Shown: positions 1 through 9,977 of the stretch, one piece after another
Numbering within the stretch: position 1 is the stretch's first letter
How the letters are laid out: every line of letters begins with the position of its first letter
NCBI GenBank assembly: GCA_964344305.1
Contig: CAYFMT010000010.1
Coordinates: forward strand, 481-64,480
Reading direction: 5' to 3'
Source: an uncultured bacterium
Lineage (GTDB): Bacteria; Fidelibacterota; Marinisomatia; Marinisomatales; JABMOV01
Length of the DNA stretch: 64,000 nucleotides
The notes under the pieces: generated by a model
Seen by the model: the letters and a program-made list of their open reading frames with translations, nothing else
What the model was told of the DNA's origin: nothing
Database searches by the model: none
Translations under genes and position numbers: made by a program

Positions 1-1213
1 CCTCCTCTGATATGTCATTGTATGGTACTGCAGGAACTTCTATATGAATATCAATCCGATCCATCAATGGACCGGATATCTTGCTAAGGTATTTTTGAAT
101 CATCTGTCCTGTACATGTGCAATCGTTCTTTGGGTCGGTGGCAAAACCACAGGGACATGGGTTCATGGCTGCCACCAGCATAAACCGTGAAGGATAGGTT
201 AGTGAAATAGCTGCACGGGAAATGGTGACAGATCCATCCTCAAGTGGCTGTCTCATGACTTCCAGGACATTCTTCTTGAATTCAGGTAATTCATCTAGGA
301 ACAATACGCCATGGTGAGCCAGGCTGACCTCACCTGGTTTTGGGACGTTCCCTCCACCAATTAGCCCTGCATCTGAAATGGTATGGTGAGGTGACCTAAA
401 TGGACGAATGGCAACCAGTCCATGCTTTTTATTCAACAATCCTGCCACTGAGTGAATTTTTGTGGCTTCAAGGGCTTCATCCAATGATAAACCAGGTAGA
501 ATGGATGGCAATCTCTTCGCCAGCATGGTTTTTCCGCTTCCTGGCGGTCCCACCATGATGACATTATGTCCTCCAGCCGCAGCTATCTCAAGGGCCCGCT
601 TTACCTGGGATTGTCCCTTCACATCCCTGAAATCAACATCACTGTGTTTGGACTGATTGAAGAGAATATTCTTATTGATGTGAACTGGTGCAGGCACGAA
701 TTCGCGATTCAATATCCTGACAACATCCATAAGAGACTTTACCCCAACGACCTGAATATCATCCACTACACCAGCTTCCTTCACATTCTCCTGTGGAACA
801 AGAATGGCTTTCTTCCCGGCATCCCTGCAAGCCATGGCAATGGGCAAAACACCTTGTACCGGTCGACAGGTACCATCAAGGGCTAACTCCCCCAGAATAA
901 CCACCTTTTTCATCAAAGCATCATCTACATAACCAAGATCCGCCAGGATCCCTGCAGCGATTGGTAAATCAAATGCCGCCCCTTCCTTTCGGATATCTGC
1001 CGGTGCCAGATTGACCGTTACATGATTGACGGGAAATGAAAAACCCGAATTCTGGATAGCCGCTCTTACGCGCTCCTTGCTTTCTTTCACGGCACCTTCT
1101 GGTAAACCAACAGTGATGAATCGTGGCAATTGTGATCTTGTGATGTGTACTTCCACTTCAACGATATAGGCATCCACACCCATAACTGCGCTACTTAAAA
1201 TTTTGGCGGGCAT
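1..1213 (-). CDS. comM: YifB/ComM-family Mg-chelatase-like AAA+ ATPase, N-terminal ~404 aa only (C-terminus lies beyond the left edge)
   Basis: Not in the ORF track because there is no stop in the window. My translation of the minus strand from ATG 1213..1211 gives [23 protein letters not shown]... It shows a Lon-like N-domain, Walker [14 protein letters not shown] and Walker [11 protein letters not shown], and the frame stays open to position 1. Confidence 0.9.
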   Translation of the reverse strand, partial: MPAKILSSAVMGVDAYIVEVEVHITRSQLPRFITVGLPEGAVKESKERVRAAIQNSGFSFPVNHVTVNLAPADIRKEGAAFDLPIAAGILADLGYVDDALMKKVVILGELALDGTCRPVQGVLPIAMACRDAGKKAILVPQENVKEAGVVDDIQVVGVKSLMDVVRILNREFVPAPVHINKNILFNQSKHSDVDFRDVKGQSQVKRALEIAAAGGHNVIMVGPPGSGKTMLAKRLPSILPGLSLDEALEATKIHSVAGLLNKKHGLVAIRPFRSPHHTISDAGLIGGGNVPKPGEVSLAHHGVLFLDELPEFKKNVLEVMRQPLEDGSVTISRAAISLTYPSRFMLVAAMNPCPCGFATDPKNDCTCTGQMIQKYLSKISGPLMDRIDIHIEVPAVPYNDISEE

Positions 1214-1261
1214 ATGTTCTCCTTATAGATTATTTATACAAAATACAGAAATCAAACTAGT

Positions 1262-1453
1262 TCACTGACAGGTTATAACTCCATTTATTGCTAAGATTGG
1301 GATAATAATATAAAGTATACTATCACGTACAAGATAAAACAGGATAAACGCCACTACCACCTTCCAGCCCTTTTGTTTCAGCAGGGATTTTATTCCCTCC
1401 TCGCGGACAATACTTAACCAGGATTTTATAAACTGCGGACGGTAAAAAGACAT
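1262..1453 (-). CDS. small membrane protein, unknown function
   Basis: 63-aa ORF with a hydrophobic segment VVVAFILFYLV..IIIPILAI. An ATGA start/stop overlap with the upstream ORF at 1453 suggests translational coupling. Confidence 0.45.
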   Translation of the reverse strand: MSFYRPQFIKSWLSIVREEGIKSLLKQKGWKVVVAFILFYLVRDSILYIIIPILAINGVITCQ

Positions 1454-1890
1454 CAGTTCGGTTTTATTTTACCGTACTTGACGTTCTCATATTTTTCCCA
1501 GAGTGTTTCTCCTGCAGCCTGTTGAAAACGAAAGGCGAATCTCAGGGCTTCATCAAATGATCGATCCATGAACTCTTCATTTCGATAAAATTCATCGATC
1601 CAACCAACAAATTCTGACATATTCGTTACATCTAGCTGGTCGAAAACCCCAAAAACAAGTTCTGCTTTGTTTTCGTAGTACCATTGAGTGACTTCACTAT
1701 GACCCATTTCACTTTTCATGGCATTGTACGTATCAAAAACCTGTGTCATATAACTGAAAAGAAAAACTTCCTTCTCTGCTGGACTCAATGTTTTCCAGTA
1801 CGCCACTATTGGTGATGTTTCAGGAGCATCTGCTTCCTGTGGGAATACAATTGTCATACAGAATAATATTAATACAATGACTTTACTCAT
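1453..1890 (-). CDS. secreted hypothetical protein (145 aa)
   Basis: The track ORF 1453..2070 overlaps ispG. The internal ATG at 1890 gives MSKVIVLILFCMTIVFPQEADA, a clean signal peptide, and leaves only an 8-nt overlap with the ispG stop. Confidence 0.6.
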   Translation of the reverse strand: MSKVIVLILFCMTIVFPQEADAPETSPIVAYWKTLSPAEKEVFLFSYMTQVFDTYNAMKSEMGHSEVTQWYYENKAELVFGVFDQLDVTNMSEFVGWIDEFYRNEEFMDRSFDEALRFAFRFQQAAGETLWEKYENVKYGKIKPN

Positions 1891-2968
1891 TTGAGCCTCC
1901 AATGGCTTTTTCATTTTCAAATCGTTCAATGACCTCTTCCAGCTTGTCCATGGCTTCGGATTCAGACACTTTTCCAAGATTTTCACCTTTATAATACAAG
2001 TGTCCACTCCCTTTACCAAAAGCAATACCAAGGTCCGTGTGAGTCGCCTCACCCGGGCCATTAACAGCACACCCCATTAAGGCCAGGGACATAGGTGTTT
2101 TTACGTGTTTAAGCTTTTCTTCCATTTCACCGGCGATCTTGAAAAGATCTACTTCAAGTCTTCCACAGGTAGGGCAAGCCACAATGGTGACACCCTTGCT
2201 TGCAAGTCCAAGGGATTTAAGTATTTCAAATCCAACATGTACTTCTTCAACTGGATCATCCGTCAGGCTAACGCGAATCGTATCACCGATTCCTTCAGCG
2301 AGCAATGTTCCAATACCAACAGATGATTTAATAGTGCCAGATGATTTAGGCCCGGCCTCTGTTACACCCAGATGCAATGGATAATTGTGTGTATAAGAAA
2401 AAAGTCGGTACGCTTCAATCATCAGCTGGGCGTTGGATGCTTTAAGGGAAACAACGATATCCTCGAAATCAAATTCCTTACACAGATCAATATGGCGTTC
2501 AGCACTTTCAACCATGGCCTGCGCTGTGGGATACCCATGCTTCTCAATTAAATCTTTCTCTAAACTCCCTGCATTAACACCTATACGTATGGGGACACCG
2601 GCAGATTTTACTTTGGTCAACACTTCACGAACACGATCCTTGCTACCAATATTACCAGGATTGATTCGGATTTTATCAGCACCTGCATCCACTGCTTCAA
2701 GAGCCATCCTGTAATTGAAATGGATATCTGCCACTAGAGGCACGGTCATGCGTTTTCTTATCTCATAAAGTGCATCTGCAGCCGGCTGATCAGGGACTGT
2801 AATCCGTATGATCTGGCAGCCTGCTTCTTCTAGTCTTTCAACTTCTTTCAGCGTAGCAGTCACATCGTGAGTTTTGGTAGTGGTCATGGATTGAACCGGA
2901 ATTTGCTCTCCGCCACCTACTGGGACATTCCCAACGAGTACTCGACGTGTTTTTCTTCGCTCAATCAT
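1883..2968 (-). CDS. ispG: 4-hydroxy-3-methylbut-2-en-1-yl diphosphate synthase (MEP pathway)
   Basis: 361 aa. The N-terminus RRKTRRVLVGNVPVGGGEQIPVQSMT is typical of GcpE/IspG. Fe-S ligand motifs CPTCGR and GCAVNGPGE are present. Confidence 0.95.
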   Translation of the reverse strand: MIERRKTRRVLVGNVPVGGGEQIPVQSMTTTKTHDVTATLKEVERLEEAGCQIIRITVPDQPAADALYEIRKRMTVPLVADIHFNYRMALEAVDAGADKIRINPGNIGSKDRVREVLTKVKSAGVPIRIGVNAGSLEKDLIEKHGYPTAQAMVESAERHIDLCKEFDFEDIVVSLKASNAQLMIEAYRLFSYTHNYPLHLGVTEAGPKSSGTIKSSVGIGTLLAEGIGDTIRVSLTDDPVEEVHVGFEILKSLGLASKGVTIVACPTCGRLEVDLFKIAGEMEEKLKHVKTPMSLALMGCAVNGPGEATHTDLGIAFGKGSGHLYYKGENLGKVSESEAMDKLEEVIERFENEKAIGGSNE

Positions 2969-3011
2969 AACTAGAAAATTTACTCAGTCTCATTCCAGTC
3001 ATAGTACCCTT

Positions 3012-4142
3012 TTATTCCTGCCCTTTGAAAGGATTCTCAATATACTCTTTTGCCCTATCAATGGTGGCCATGTAATTGTCGCGATCAATACAATTGTGAT
3101 ACGCGTTCAAAGCATCTTTCCTTTTGGATTGAAGATCATAAATCCTTCCCTGCAACAGGTAGGCATTCGTAAGAATCATATCCAGTTCCGCATGGTAGGT
3201 ATGAATGGATTCCGTCACATAATCCAAAGCTGTATTTAAATCGTCCCTTGAAAAAGCCAACAGCGCTTTTTCATAATACCAGAAGGATGTGTACCACAAT
3301 TGCTGGATGTCTGTCAGTGATTTCAGCTGATTTTCCATTTGATCCAATTTCTTCTCCGCTGCTTCCAAATTCCCAGATCGGATAAGGTATTCCACATACA
3401 TGGTATTGAAATAAAAATTGTTCGGAAAATCTTTAACAAGTCTTGTTGAATACTGTCCGGCCTTCTGGATATCGACATCCACCCAGAGAGTCAGGAATGT
3501 GACAATACTCGTGGCTTCTATCCAGCTCCATTCTCCATCAAGAGCTGCTTCCTCAATTTTTTCCAGACCGGCTGTACGTGTTGTCTCAAAACCGTAGAGT
3601 GATACAGCCCATTTCACTATAAAACTGCTGAGCCCGGCGTAATACTCCACCAGTCCTATTGGTAATTGTGCATCCTGCATTTCGGGAAATTCTTCTGCCA
3701 CATCTGTCACAATATCAAATCCTTTGTACGCCGCGACCAGGGTGGAAATCCACTCCTTTTTCCCCAGGTGAATTCTGGCCTTTAGTCCAGTGGCAGATCC
3801 CTGAAACAGACGATAGTCGGGATCATTTGGATATTTGGATACAAGAGTTTCATACACTATCAGGATTTCATCGAGGTCCTGGTCCAACACACGGTAAGAC
3901 TCATCAATGCTTTTGTTTGCCTGATTGTGGAGCCAACGTGCTGCCGCCCAGGTTAGATGTACTGCTGGGTTTTCCGGGTAATCTAGCCGTGCTTTTGTTA
4001 AGATTTGAATGGCAGTTTCATTCTCATAATTGTAGAATGAATACACACCTCTCCACACTTCATTGTCTCCGGGGTAATCCTTTGAAAATACAACACATGT
4101 GACCACTATAGTAAAAAGGGAAATGTGGCGAATATAATTCAT
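3012..4142 (-). CDS. helical-repeat (TPR-like) exported protein, unknown function
   Basis: 376-aa ORF with a hydrophobic N-terminus ISLFTIVVTCVVFS. Composition is helical-repeat-like, and I recognise no catalytic motif. Confidence 0.65.
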   Translation of the reverse strand: MNYIRHISLFTIVVTCVVFSKDYPGDNEVWRGVYSFYNYENETAIQILTKARLDYPENPAVHLTWAAARWLHNQANKSIDESYRVLDQDLDEILIVYETLVSKYPNDPDYRLFQGSATGLKARIHLGKKEWISTLVAAYKGFDIVTDVAEEFPEMQDAQLPIGLVEYYAGLSSFIVKWAVSLYGFETTRTAGLEKIEEAALDGEWSWIEATSIVTFLTLWVDVDIQKAGQYSTRLVKDFPNNFYFNTMYVEYLIRSGNLEAAEKKLDQMENQLKSLTDIQQLWYTSFWYYEKALLAFSRDDLNTALDYVTESIHTYHAELDMILTNAYLLQGRIYDLQSKRKDALNAYHNCIDRDNYMATIDRAKEYIENPFKGQE

Positions 4143-4199
4143 GTCAGATTGATTGGATGGTGTGTAGTTAAAACAAATAAATGGGTGAAATATACCCGA

Positions 4200-5813
4200 T
4201 CAATTATTCTGAGCAACGATAAGCCACCCCTTTGCTTCGTTATTTTCAGGATTTAACTCCAGACTCCGTTCCCAGGCAGCTTTTGCCAGCAAAGGTTCCT
4301 GCATCCGCCAGTATGTAATGCCCAACCCAAGATAGGTGGATGAATGATTTGGCCGAAGTTCAACGGATTCCTGATATGCAGCCAGTGATTCCTTATACAT
4401 GCCTTTTTCACGATAATATTTTCCAAGAGCCCTATAGGATCCGGGCAACCATTTCCCTGTATTCGGATTAATATTCATGGCGTTTTCAAAGGCAGCTCTA
4501 CCCAACGATGATTCACCTTGACGATTATATTCCACGGCAATGATATAGTAGGTTTGTGGGAGCAAGACATTAACCAGAGGATGATCCGACTGGATTCTTA
4601 ACAATTTCTCCCATACCTGTGCACATCGTTTCCACTCAGTGGCATTGTAATAGCATAGACCCTGCATGTAGGTGCTTTCCACATCACCAGGGTTCAACAT
4701 GACTACATCGCCAAATGCCATGGCTGCGTAGATATATTTACCCTGACTATAATAATGATCCGCCAGTGCCAAATGTGCATCAGTATTTCCCGGATCGGCA
4801 TGGATGGATGTCTGGTAGGCCTTCTTTGCTTCAGTCGTCCGCCCTAATTCAGCTAACGAAACTCCCTTTAAGTAATAGAGGTTGCTTTGATTAGGCCATT
4901 CTGCCAGTGCCTTATCGATAAAAGATAGTGATTCTTCATAGTCCCTGTCATATATCAAATCCTGTGCAGTCTTAATCCTATTGGCAAGCCCATCTATTTC
5001 CTGATCTGAACTCCGATTGAGCAATTCATTCTTCATAGATGATTCATCCGGTTTACCAGAAATCCCGCTAATGGCATTCAATGTGGCAACATGATTCGGG
5101 TCAATATCCAGGGCTTCTTCAAAAGCCATCTGTGCTCGTGTCAACTCACCATTGGATTGATACAAGCGCCCAAGGAAATAATGGTTATCAGCATTCAATG
5201 GCTCCCGAGCGATAGATCGTAGGTATACATCCTTTGCATCTTCATAACGCAATTCAGATTCGTATCGTAACCCTAATTCTCTCAAACTGTTAGTATCATC
5301 AGGATGCTTGAATACTTGTTCTTCCAGGTCCTTTATTGGTACGGGTTTGGTTGATCTATTTTCAATCTTGACAATTTTTTTCCGATCAAATGGCTGCAGA
5401 TATGACGTTGCATGCGCCAGTTGTTGGGAGCTTGACTGAAGTTGATCTGTCAGGCTGTTAAAGTCCTGGGATAATTCGACGACATTTACTTTTGGTGGTT
5501 TTGGTGTCTTTGATTTCTTAACGGCTTTTTGTTTGCTAGGTCTTTTTTTCACGGCCCGTTTTTTTGTGGGTTTCTTATTCTTTTGACTCGATTGCGCGGT
5601 TTTCTTCTTTTTCTTTACAGGTGCTTTCTTCTTTGATGCAGTCGATTTGGGCTTTTTCTTCTTTTGACCTGTTGTCTGTTTTTTTCTCGGTTTTTTCTTC
5701 CTGGATGGATTTGTCTGCTCTTTTTTCTGCTGCCCCATGAGTCCACCAGTATCCATGGGAAATGCACCTATAAGCAGGCATGTAATAATGAATTTTATAA
5801 GAAGGGTTTTCAT
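4200..5813 (-). CDS. exported TPR-repeat protein with a ~85-aa lysine-rich low-complexity linker
   Basis: Start refined to ATG 5813 (MKTLLIKFIITCLLIGAFP signal-like). A K/P/T/Q-rich tract follows (KKKPRKKQTTGQKKKKPKSTASKKKAPVKKKKK...). The C-terminal ~400 aa carry multiple TPR-like repeats (YYLGRLYQSNGELTRAQMAFEEALDIDPNH and similar). Confidence 0.75.
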   Translation of the reverse strand: MKTLLIKFIITCLLIGAFPMDTGGLMGQQKKEQTNPSRKKKPRKKQTTGQKKKKPKSTASKKKAPVKKKKKTAQSSQKNKKPTKKRAVKKRPSKQKAVKKSKTPKPPKVNVVELSQDFNSLTDQLQSSSQQLAHATSYLQPFDRKKIVKIENRSTKPVPIKDLEEQVFKHPDDTNSLRELGLRYESELRYEDAKDVYLRSIAREPLNADNHYFLGRLYQSNGELTRAQMAFEEALDIDPNHVATLNAISGISGKPDESSMKNELLNRSSDQEIDGLANRIKTAQDLIYDRDYEESLSFIDKALAEWPNQSNLYYLKGVSLAELGRTTEAKKAYQTSIHADPGNTDAHLALADHYYSQGKYIYAAMAFGDVVMLNPGDVESTYMQGLCYYNATEWKRCAQVWEKLLRIQSDHPLVNVLLPQTYYIIAVEYNRQGESSLGRAAFENAMNINPNTGKWLPGSYRALGKYYREKGMYKESLAAYQESVELRPNHSSTYLGLGITYWRMQEPLLAKAAWERSLELNPENNEAKGWLIVAQNN

Positions 5814-5867
5814 TGTTTCGAATCCATTGAAATGAAATTTACAAAACAGGGGAGTTTGGTTGTACAA

Positions 5868-7184
5868 CTATTTATGTGAATTAAACTCGACAGGTTTTCC
5901 GATTAATTCATAAGCATTGGCGTCGGAAATCTCCACATCATAGTACTTACCCACTTCACATTCTGATTGAATCTGTACGATATTATCCACCTCTGGAGAA
6001 TCAAACTCAGTACGACCTACTGAAATGCCGTTCATCGATTCATCCACAAGAACACGGATGGTTTTACCTACGTATAAAGTGTTTTTCTCCAGGGAAATAT
6101 CATGATGCAAATCTGTCAATATGGCTTTTCGTTCGTCCTTCACTTCTCGCGAAATATTATCCTCCAATGCAGCAGCGGGTGTATCCTCTTCTTCAGAATA
6201 AGTAAATATTCCCAATCTGTCAATTTCCACTTCCTTCAAAAACGAATATAACTCCTGAAAATCTTCCTCAGTCTCATTCGGATAACCAACAATAACCGTT
6301 GTTCTTAGTTTGATCTCAGGGATAGCCGTCCGCAACCGATTTATCCTGTCAAGGATTCCCTCTCTTCCCAATCCCCGTCTCATGGATGTTAACATGGCAT
6401 CTGATGCATGCTGGATCGGCATATCCAGGTACCTGCATACTTTTTCTGATTCGGCCATTGCATCAATTATCCTCTGGGATAAATGAGCCGGATGGGCATA
6501 ATGAATACGAATCCATTCAAGCGGATCCTCAATAGTGTTCATTTCCCTGATCAAGTCACTTAAATACACCTTCTCTTCCAAATCCCAGCCATAGGAGGTG
6601 GAATCCTGAGCAATGATAAGCAATTCTTTTACACCATTTTCCACCAACCGTTTTGATTCATCAATGATGGATGGAATAGGTCGACTTTTTTGCAGACCTC
6701 GCATGATTGGAATGCTACAAAAAGAGCATCCATTGTCACAGCCTTCAGCTATCTTCACGTAAGCGTAATGAGCCGGTGTTAGAAGGGAACGCCAAAACAT
6801 GGGGTCATCTTTCAGGTGAGGTTTCCCTGTCAGGTATGAAACAATTTGTCGATGATCATTCGTTCCAAAAAATCGATCCACTTCTGGCAATTCTGTTTTT
6901 AACTCATTGGGATATCGTTCTGAAAGGCATCCCATGACAAGCAACTGGTTCACTTCACCTGTTTTTTTTAATTCCGCAGCCTGGAGAATAACATCCACTG
7001 ATTCCTCCCTGGCCTGATCCAGAAAACCACATGTGTTGATGATGATGGTATTTGCATCCTCCGGGTCCGATGTGAATTCCATATTGGATTTCTTCAGACC
7101 ACCGGTGAGGATTTCGGAATCCACAAGATTCTTGGCGCATCCAAGGCTGATAAGATTTATTTTATTCTTCGACATCATTTCCAA
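5868..7184 (-). CDS. rimO: ribosomal protein S12 methylthiotransferase (radical SAM, MiaB/RimO family)
   Basis: N-domain INLISLGCAKNLVDSE, radical-SAM CDNGCSFCSIP (CxxxCxxC) and a C-terminal TRAM-like domain. Length is 438 aa. Confidence 0.9.
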   Translation of the reverse strand: MEMMSKNKINLISLGCAKNLVDSEILTGGLKKSNMEFTSDPEDANTIIINTCGFLDQAREESVDVILQAAELKKTGEVNQLLVMGCLSERYPNELKTELPEVDRFFGTNDHRQIVSYLTGKPHLKDDPMFWRSLLTPAHYAYVKIAEGCDNGCSFCSIPIMRGLQKSRPIPSIIDESKRLVENGVKELLIIAQDSTSYGWDLEEKVYLSDLIREMNTIEDPLEWIRIHYAHPAHLSQRIIDAMAESEKVCRYLDMPIQHASDAMLTSMRRGLGREGILDRINRLRTAIPEIKLRTTVIVGYPNETEEDFQELYSFLKEVEIDRLGIFTYSEEEDTPAAALEDNISREVKDERKAILTDLHHDISLEKNTLYVGKTIRVLVDESMNGISVGRTEFDSPEVDNIVQIQSECEVGKYYDVEISDANAYELIGKPVEFNSHK

Positions 7185-8061
7185 AAAGTGATTCTATGTA
7201 TTCTGATGGTTTGAATGGAAACAGGTCATCCAGTTGTTCGCCAATACCAAGGAATTGAACAGGTATCTGAAGCTGACCATAAAGCGGAAACACAATTCCA
7301 CCTTTTGCCGTCCCATCCATTTTCGTAAGGATAGCCCCGTCAACGTTAATATAGGATGCAAATTCTTTCGCCTGGAGCAGTGAGTTTTGACCCAAATTTG
7401 CATCAATAGTAATCCAGCTATGGACCGTGAATTCCGGAAACCTTGTCTGAATAACTCTGTACATTTTTTCCAGTTCGGCCATGAGGTTTTTGTAAGTATG
7501 CAATCTTCCCGCCGTATCTACGATTACCAGTGATGAACCCTGTGCTTTCGCGGATTCCAGACCATCAAATAGAACAGCAGTTGGTTCCTGTGACTGCTCA
7601 TTGCACACAAGCTTGATACCAATTTTTTCACTCCACACCCTCAACTGCTCTACGGCAGCCGCTCTATAGGTATCTGCGGCTATAAGCAGTACATTTTCTC
7701 CCTTTTGACGGTAATATGAAGCGAGTTTGGCGGTGGTGGTTGTTTTGCCTGTCCCATTGATACCCACTACCATGAGTATAACGGGACTATCATCAGTATT
7801 TAGTTCATTCTCTTGAACTTCAGGCAGCAATGAAACCAGGTGATCCTTGATGGTTTTTACCGCATCGTTACTTCTTATTTTTTCAAGCAGCGATAAAATG
7901 GAGTCAGTGGTTTCCAACCCAAGATCTGCTCCCAACAATTGCTCTTCAAGCTCATCCAGAACATGTGGTGTCAACTTTTTCCCGGATACATTCCCAAACA
8001 CGTTATGAATGGATGTTCTGGTCTTCCTTAATGCCTGGAAAACGCGGCTGAAAACGGCCAT
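7162..8061 (-). CDS. ftsY: signal recognition particle receptor FtsY (short form, no acidic A domain)
   Basis: GINGTGKTTTTAKLA, DTAGR and TKMDGTAKGG motifs are present. Start refined to ATG 8061 (MAVFSRVFQAL), which removes the overlap with the upstream gene. The track ORF extends to 8109. Confidence 0.9.
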   Translation of the reverse strand: MAVFSRVFQALRKTRTSIHNVFGNVSGKKLTPHVLDELEEQLLGADLGLETTDSILSLLEKIRSNDAVKTIKDHLVSLLPEVQENELNTDDSPVILMVVGINGTGKTTTTAKLASYYRQKGENVLLIAADTYRAAAVEQLRVWSEKIGIKLVCNEQSQEPTAVLFDGLESAKAQGSSLVIVDTAGRLHTYKNLMAELEKMYRVIQTRFPEFTVHSWITIDANLGQNSLLQAKEFASYINVDGAILTKMDGTAKGGIVFPLYGQLQIPVQFLGIGEQLDDLFPFKPSEYIESLFGNDVEE

Positions 8062-8062
8062 A

Positions 8063-8629
8063 TTATATCCGCTTAAATTCGCTGTAAAACTGAAAGATGT
8101 AGAGAACAAAGCTCCATGCCAATAACAAGACTGAAGCGGCCATGGTGGACACTTTAAGCCATTCCAGCGATGGAATGGTAAAGATATGAAGCGTAATGGT
8201 TATGGATGTGATACCAGCTGCCCATTTTCCCGGTTTGTTTGCCTGAAGAATAAAATGTGTATGATTAATAAGATAAATTGCCGGCAGAGCTATGAACAGG
8301 TATCGAGCAAAATAGATCCAGAAAAACCAGGCTGGAAAACGATCAAATAGCACAAGGAAATAAACAACGGTAATGATCACAATGAAATCTGCAATTGGAT
8401 CCAGCCATTTCCCGATATGTGTTACCTCATGTGCCCTTCTTGCAAAATACCCATCCAGAGCATCAGAAATAACGGCAAGCAGAATTAACCCAAATGTATA
8501 CCAGGCCCATTCCGGGTTTCTAAGGGTATAGATAATTGGTATGGCCAAAACAGCACGCATGAGGCTGATAAGGTTCGCCAGTGTCAGAATCCTTGTTGGA
8601 TCTGTAATCCGTCTACGTTCGTTAGTCAT
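8063..8629 (-). CDS. CDP-alcohol phosphatidyltransferase family protein
   Basis: Signature DALDGYFARRAHEVTHIGKWLDPIAD (D-G-x2-A-R-x8-G-x3-D-x3-D) and multiple TM segments. Confidence 0.85.
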   Translation of the reverse strand: MTNERRRITDPTRILTLANLISLMRAVLAIPIIYTLRNPEWAWYTFGLILLAVISDALDGYFARRAHEVTHIGKWLDPIADFIVIITVVYFLVLFDRFPAWFFWIYFARYLFIALPAIYLINHTHFILQANKPGKWAAGITSITITLHIFTIPSLEWLKVSTMAASVLLLAWSFVLYIFQFYSEFKRI

Positions 8630-9977
8630 TTATTGTTGAAATTCTTACTGGTTTTTCCAAATTCATTGTATCAAAGTTGAACACCGAATCACTTAATGCA
8701 TTCACAAAAAGTACGTCATGAGAAATAATGACCAGGTGTTTTCGTGAAATAAACTCTTCCAGAATCCGGTATAAAATTACTTTCTGTGATTTGCCCAAAC
8801 CAAATGTAGGTTCATCTAGAATTAAAATATCATATTCACAATAACTGAGGATTATAACCAGTACCAATCGCATGATGGACCAGGACATCTTATCTGGTCG
8901 AATGGTGGATATATGGTCCCAATAAATGTCATGATTTCTAAGTGATTGAATGGATAATCCAAATCCGCTTTCAGTCATAATTCCGGTGGAGATTAACCTA
9001 TCAACGAACTCTGAAAAAGTGCGAGTACCCAGCAGTCTTTCCGGAAACTGATCCAGGTGACCCAGCCGTGGATGAGCCTTCATGGGCAAAGATAATCGAC
9101 ATATTCCGGAATCAGGCTCATTTATCCCAATTAACATTTTCGCAATGGATGTTTTCCCACATCCATTGGCACCTACAATCCCAAGAACTCTTCCTGCTTC
9201 ACTTTTGCAATTCAATGAATCCAGTAACATTCTTTCACCAACTTTTAGCGAAACGTCTTCGGCGATAAATTGCATGGAACCATGTTCTGCATTCCGTTGT
9301 GGATAATCTGAATTATTTATGTTGGTTTCATTCTCAAAGGATGATAGCCCTAGCACGAATCCATGTTTACTGAATTGTAAATCTGTCTCGTCTGATGTAC
9401 ACCACAGAATGATTGTGTTTTGTTCCTCAGCAAACACCTGAAGACGAGAAACGAGTAGACGTTTTACATCGGTACTTAGGAACGATAAACTATCGTCAAG
9501 CAATAAGATATCCGGGTTGTTTGACATACCGGTGATGAGATTGAGTATTTCTTTTTCCCCGCCACTTAATGTCACAGGATGACGATTTGAGTCTGAAAAC
9601 ACATCCCATTCTGATTCAACTTTACGTATGAAGGATTGAATTGTCCGGTAGTCAACCCCGTAGCATTCCATGTTAAAGGCCAACTCTTCCCTGATAGTTG
9701 GATTGACGATTAAGTGATCAGGATTCTGGTGAATGAGCAACACATGATCGCTCTTTGAATCAACCCTTAATTCAAAATTGGTGTTCCCATAATTTTTCTG
9801 CCCGGAAATGGTTCGCAGGAAACTGGATTTACCCGAACCGCTTTCACCGTATATAATATTCAATCCGGGGTCGAAAGAAAACTGTGTGTATCTATCCTCG
9901 AAATGATGAAATTGAATTGAAACGAATAAATAACTAGTCACGGAGAATTCCACGTACAACTCGTGTGGAGGAACCAA
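8622..9977 (-). CDS. ABC-type ATPase with two fused nucleotide-binding domains (ECF/cobalt-like), asymmetric sites
   Basis: NBD1 has GESGSGKSS, LSGGEKE and LLLDDS (no catalytic Glu). NBD2 has GANGCGKTS, a degenerate signature MSWSIMR and ILILDEPT. No permease gene is adjacent. Confidence 0.8.
   Translation of the reverse strand: MVPPHELYVEFSVTSYLFVSIQFHHFEDRYTQFSFDPGLNIIYGESGSGKSSFLRTISGQKNYGNTNFELRVDSKSDHVLLIHQNPDHLIVNPTIREELAFNMECYGVDYRTIQSFIRKVESEWDVFSDSNRHPVTLSGGEKEILNLITGMSNNPDILLLDDSLSFLSTDVKRLLVSRLQVFAEEQNTIILWCTSDETDLQFSKHGFVLGLSSFENETNINNSDYPQRNAEHGSMQFIAEDVSLKVGERMLLDSLNCKSEAGRVLGIVGANGCGKTSIAKMLIGINEPDSGICRLSLPMKAHPRLGHLDQFPERLLGTRTFSEFVDRLISTGIMTESGFGLSIQSLRNHDIYWDHISTIRPDKMSWSIMRLVLVIILSYCEYDILILDEPTFGLGKSQKVILYRILEEFISRKHLVIISHDVLFVNALSDSVFNFDTMNLEKPVRISTIND

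Noticed and set aside
1453-2070. N-terminal extensions of several track ORFs (1453..2070, 4200..5867, 7162..8109, 26784..27215, 27163..27642, 30197..31807, 39430..39987, 42051..43985)
   Set aside because: In each case an internal ATG gives a canonical N-terminus, either a signal peptide or a family-typical start. It also removes a long overlap with the upstream gene, so the extensions are probably not translated.
5575-5879. ORFs 5575..5781 (minus) and 5664..5879 (plus) overlapping the lysine-rich tract
   Set aside because: These are alternative-frame readings of an AAG/AAA-rich low-complexity coding region (poly-E/K or poly-F/L translations) and are not independent genes.
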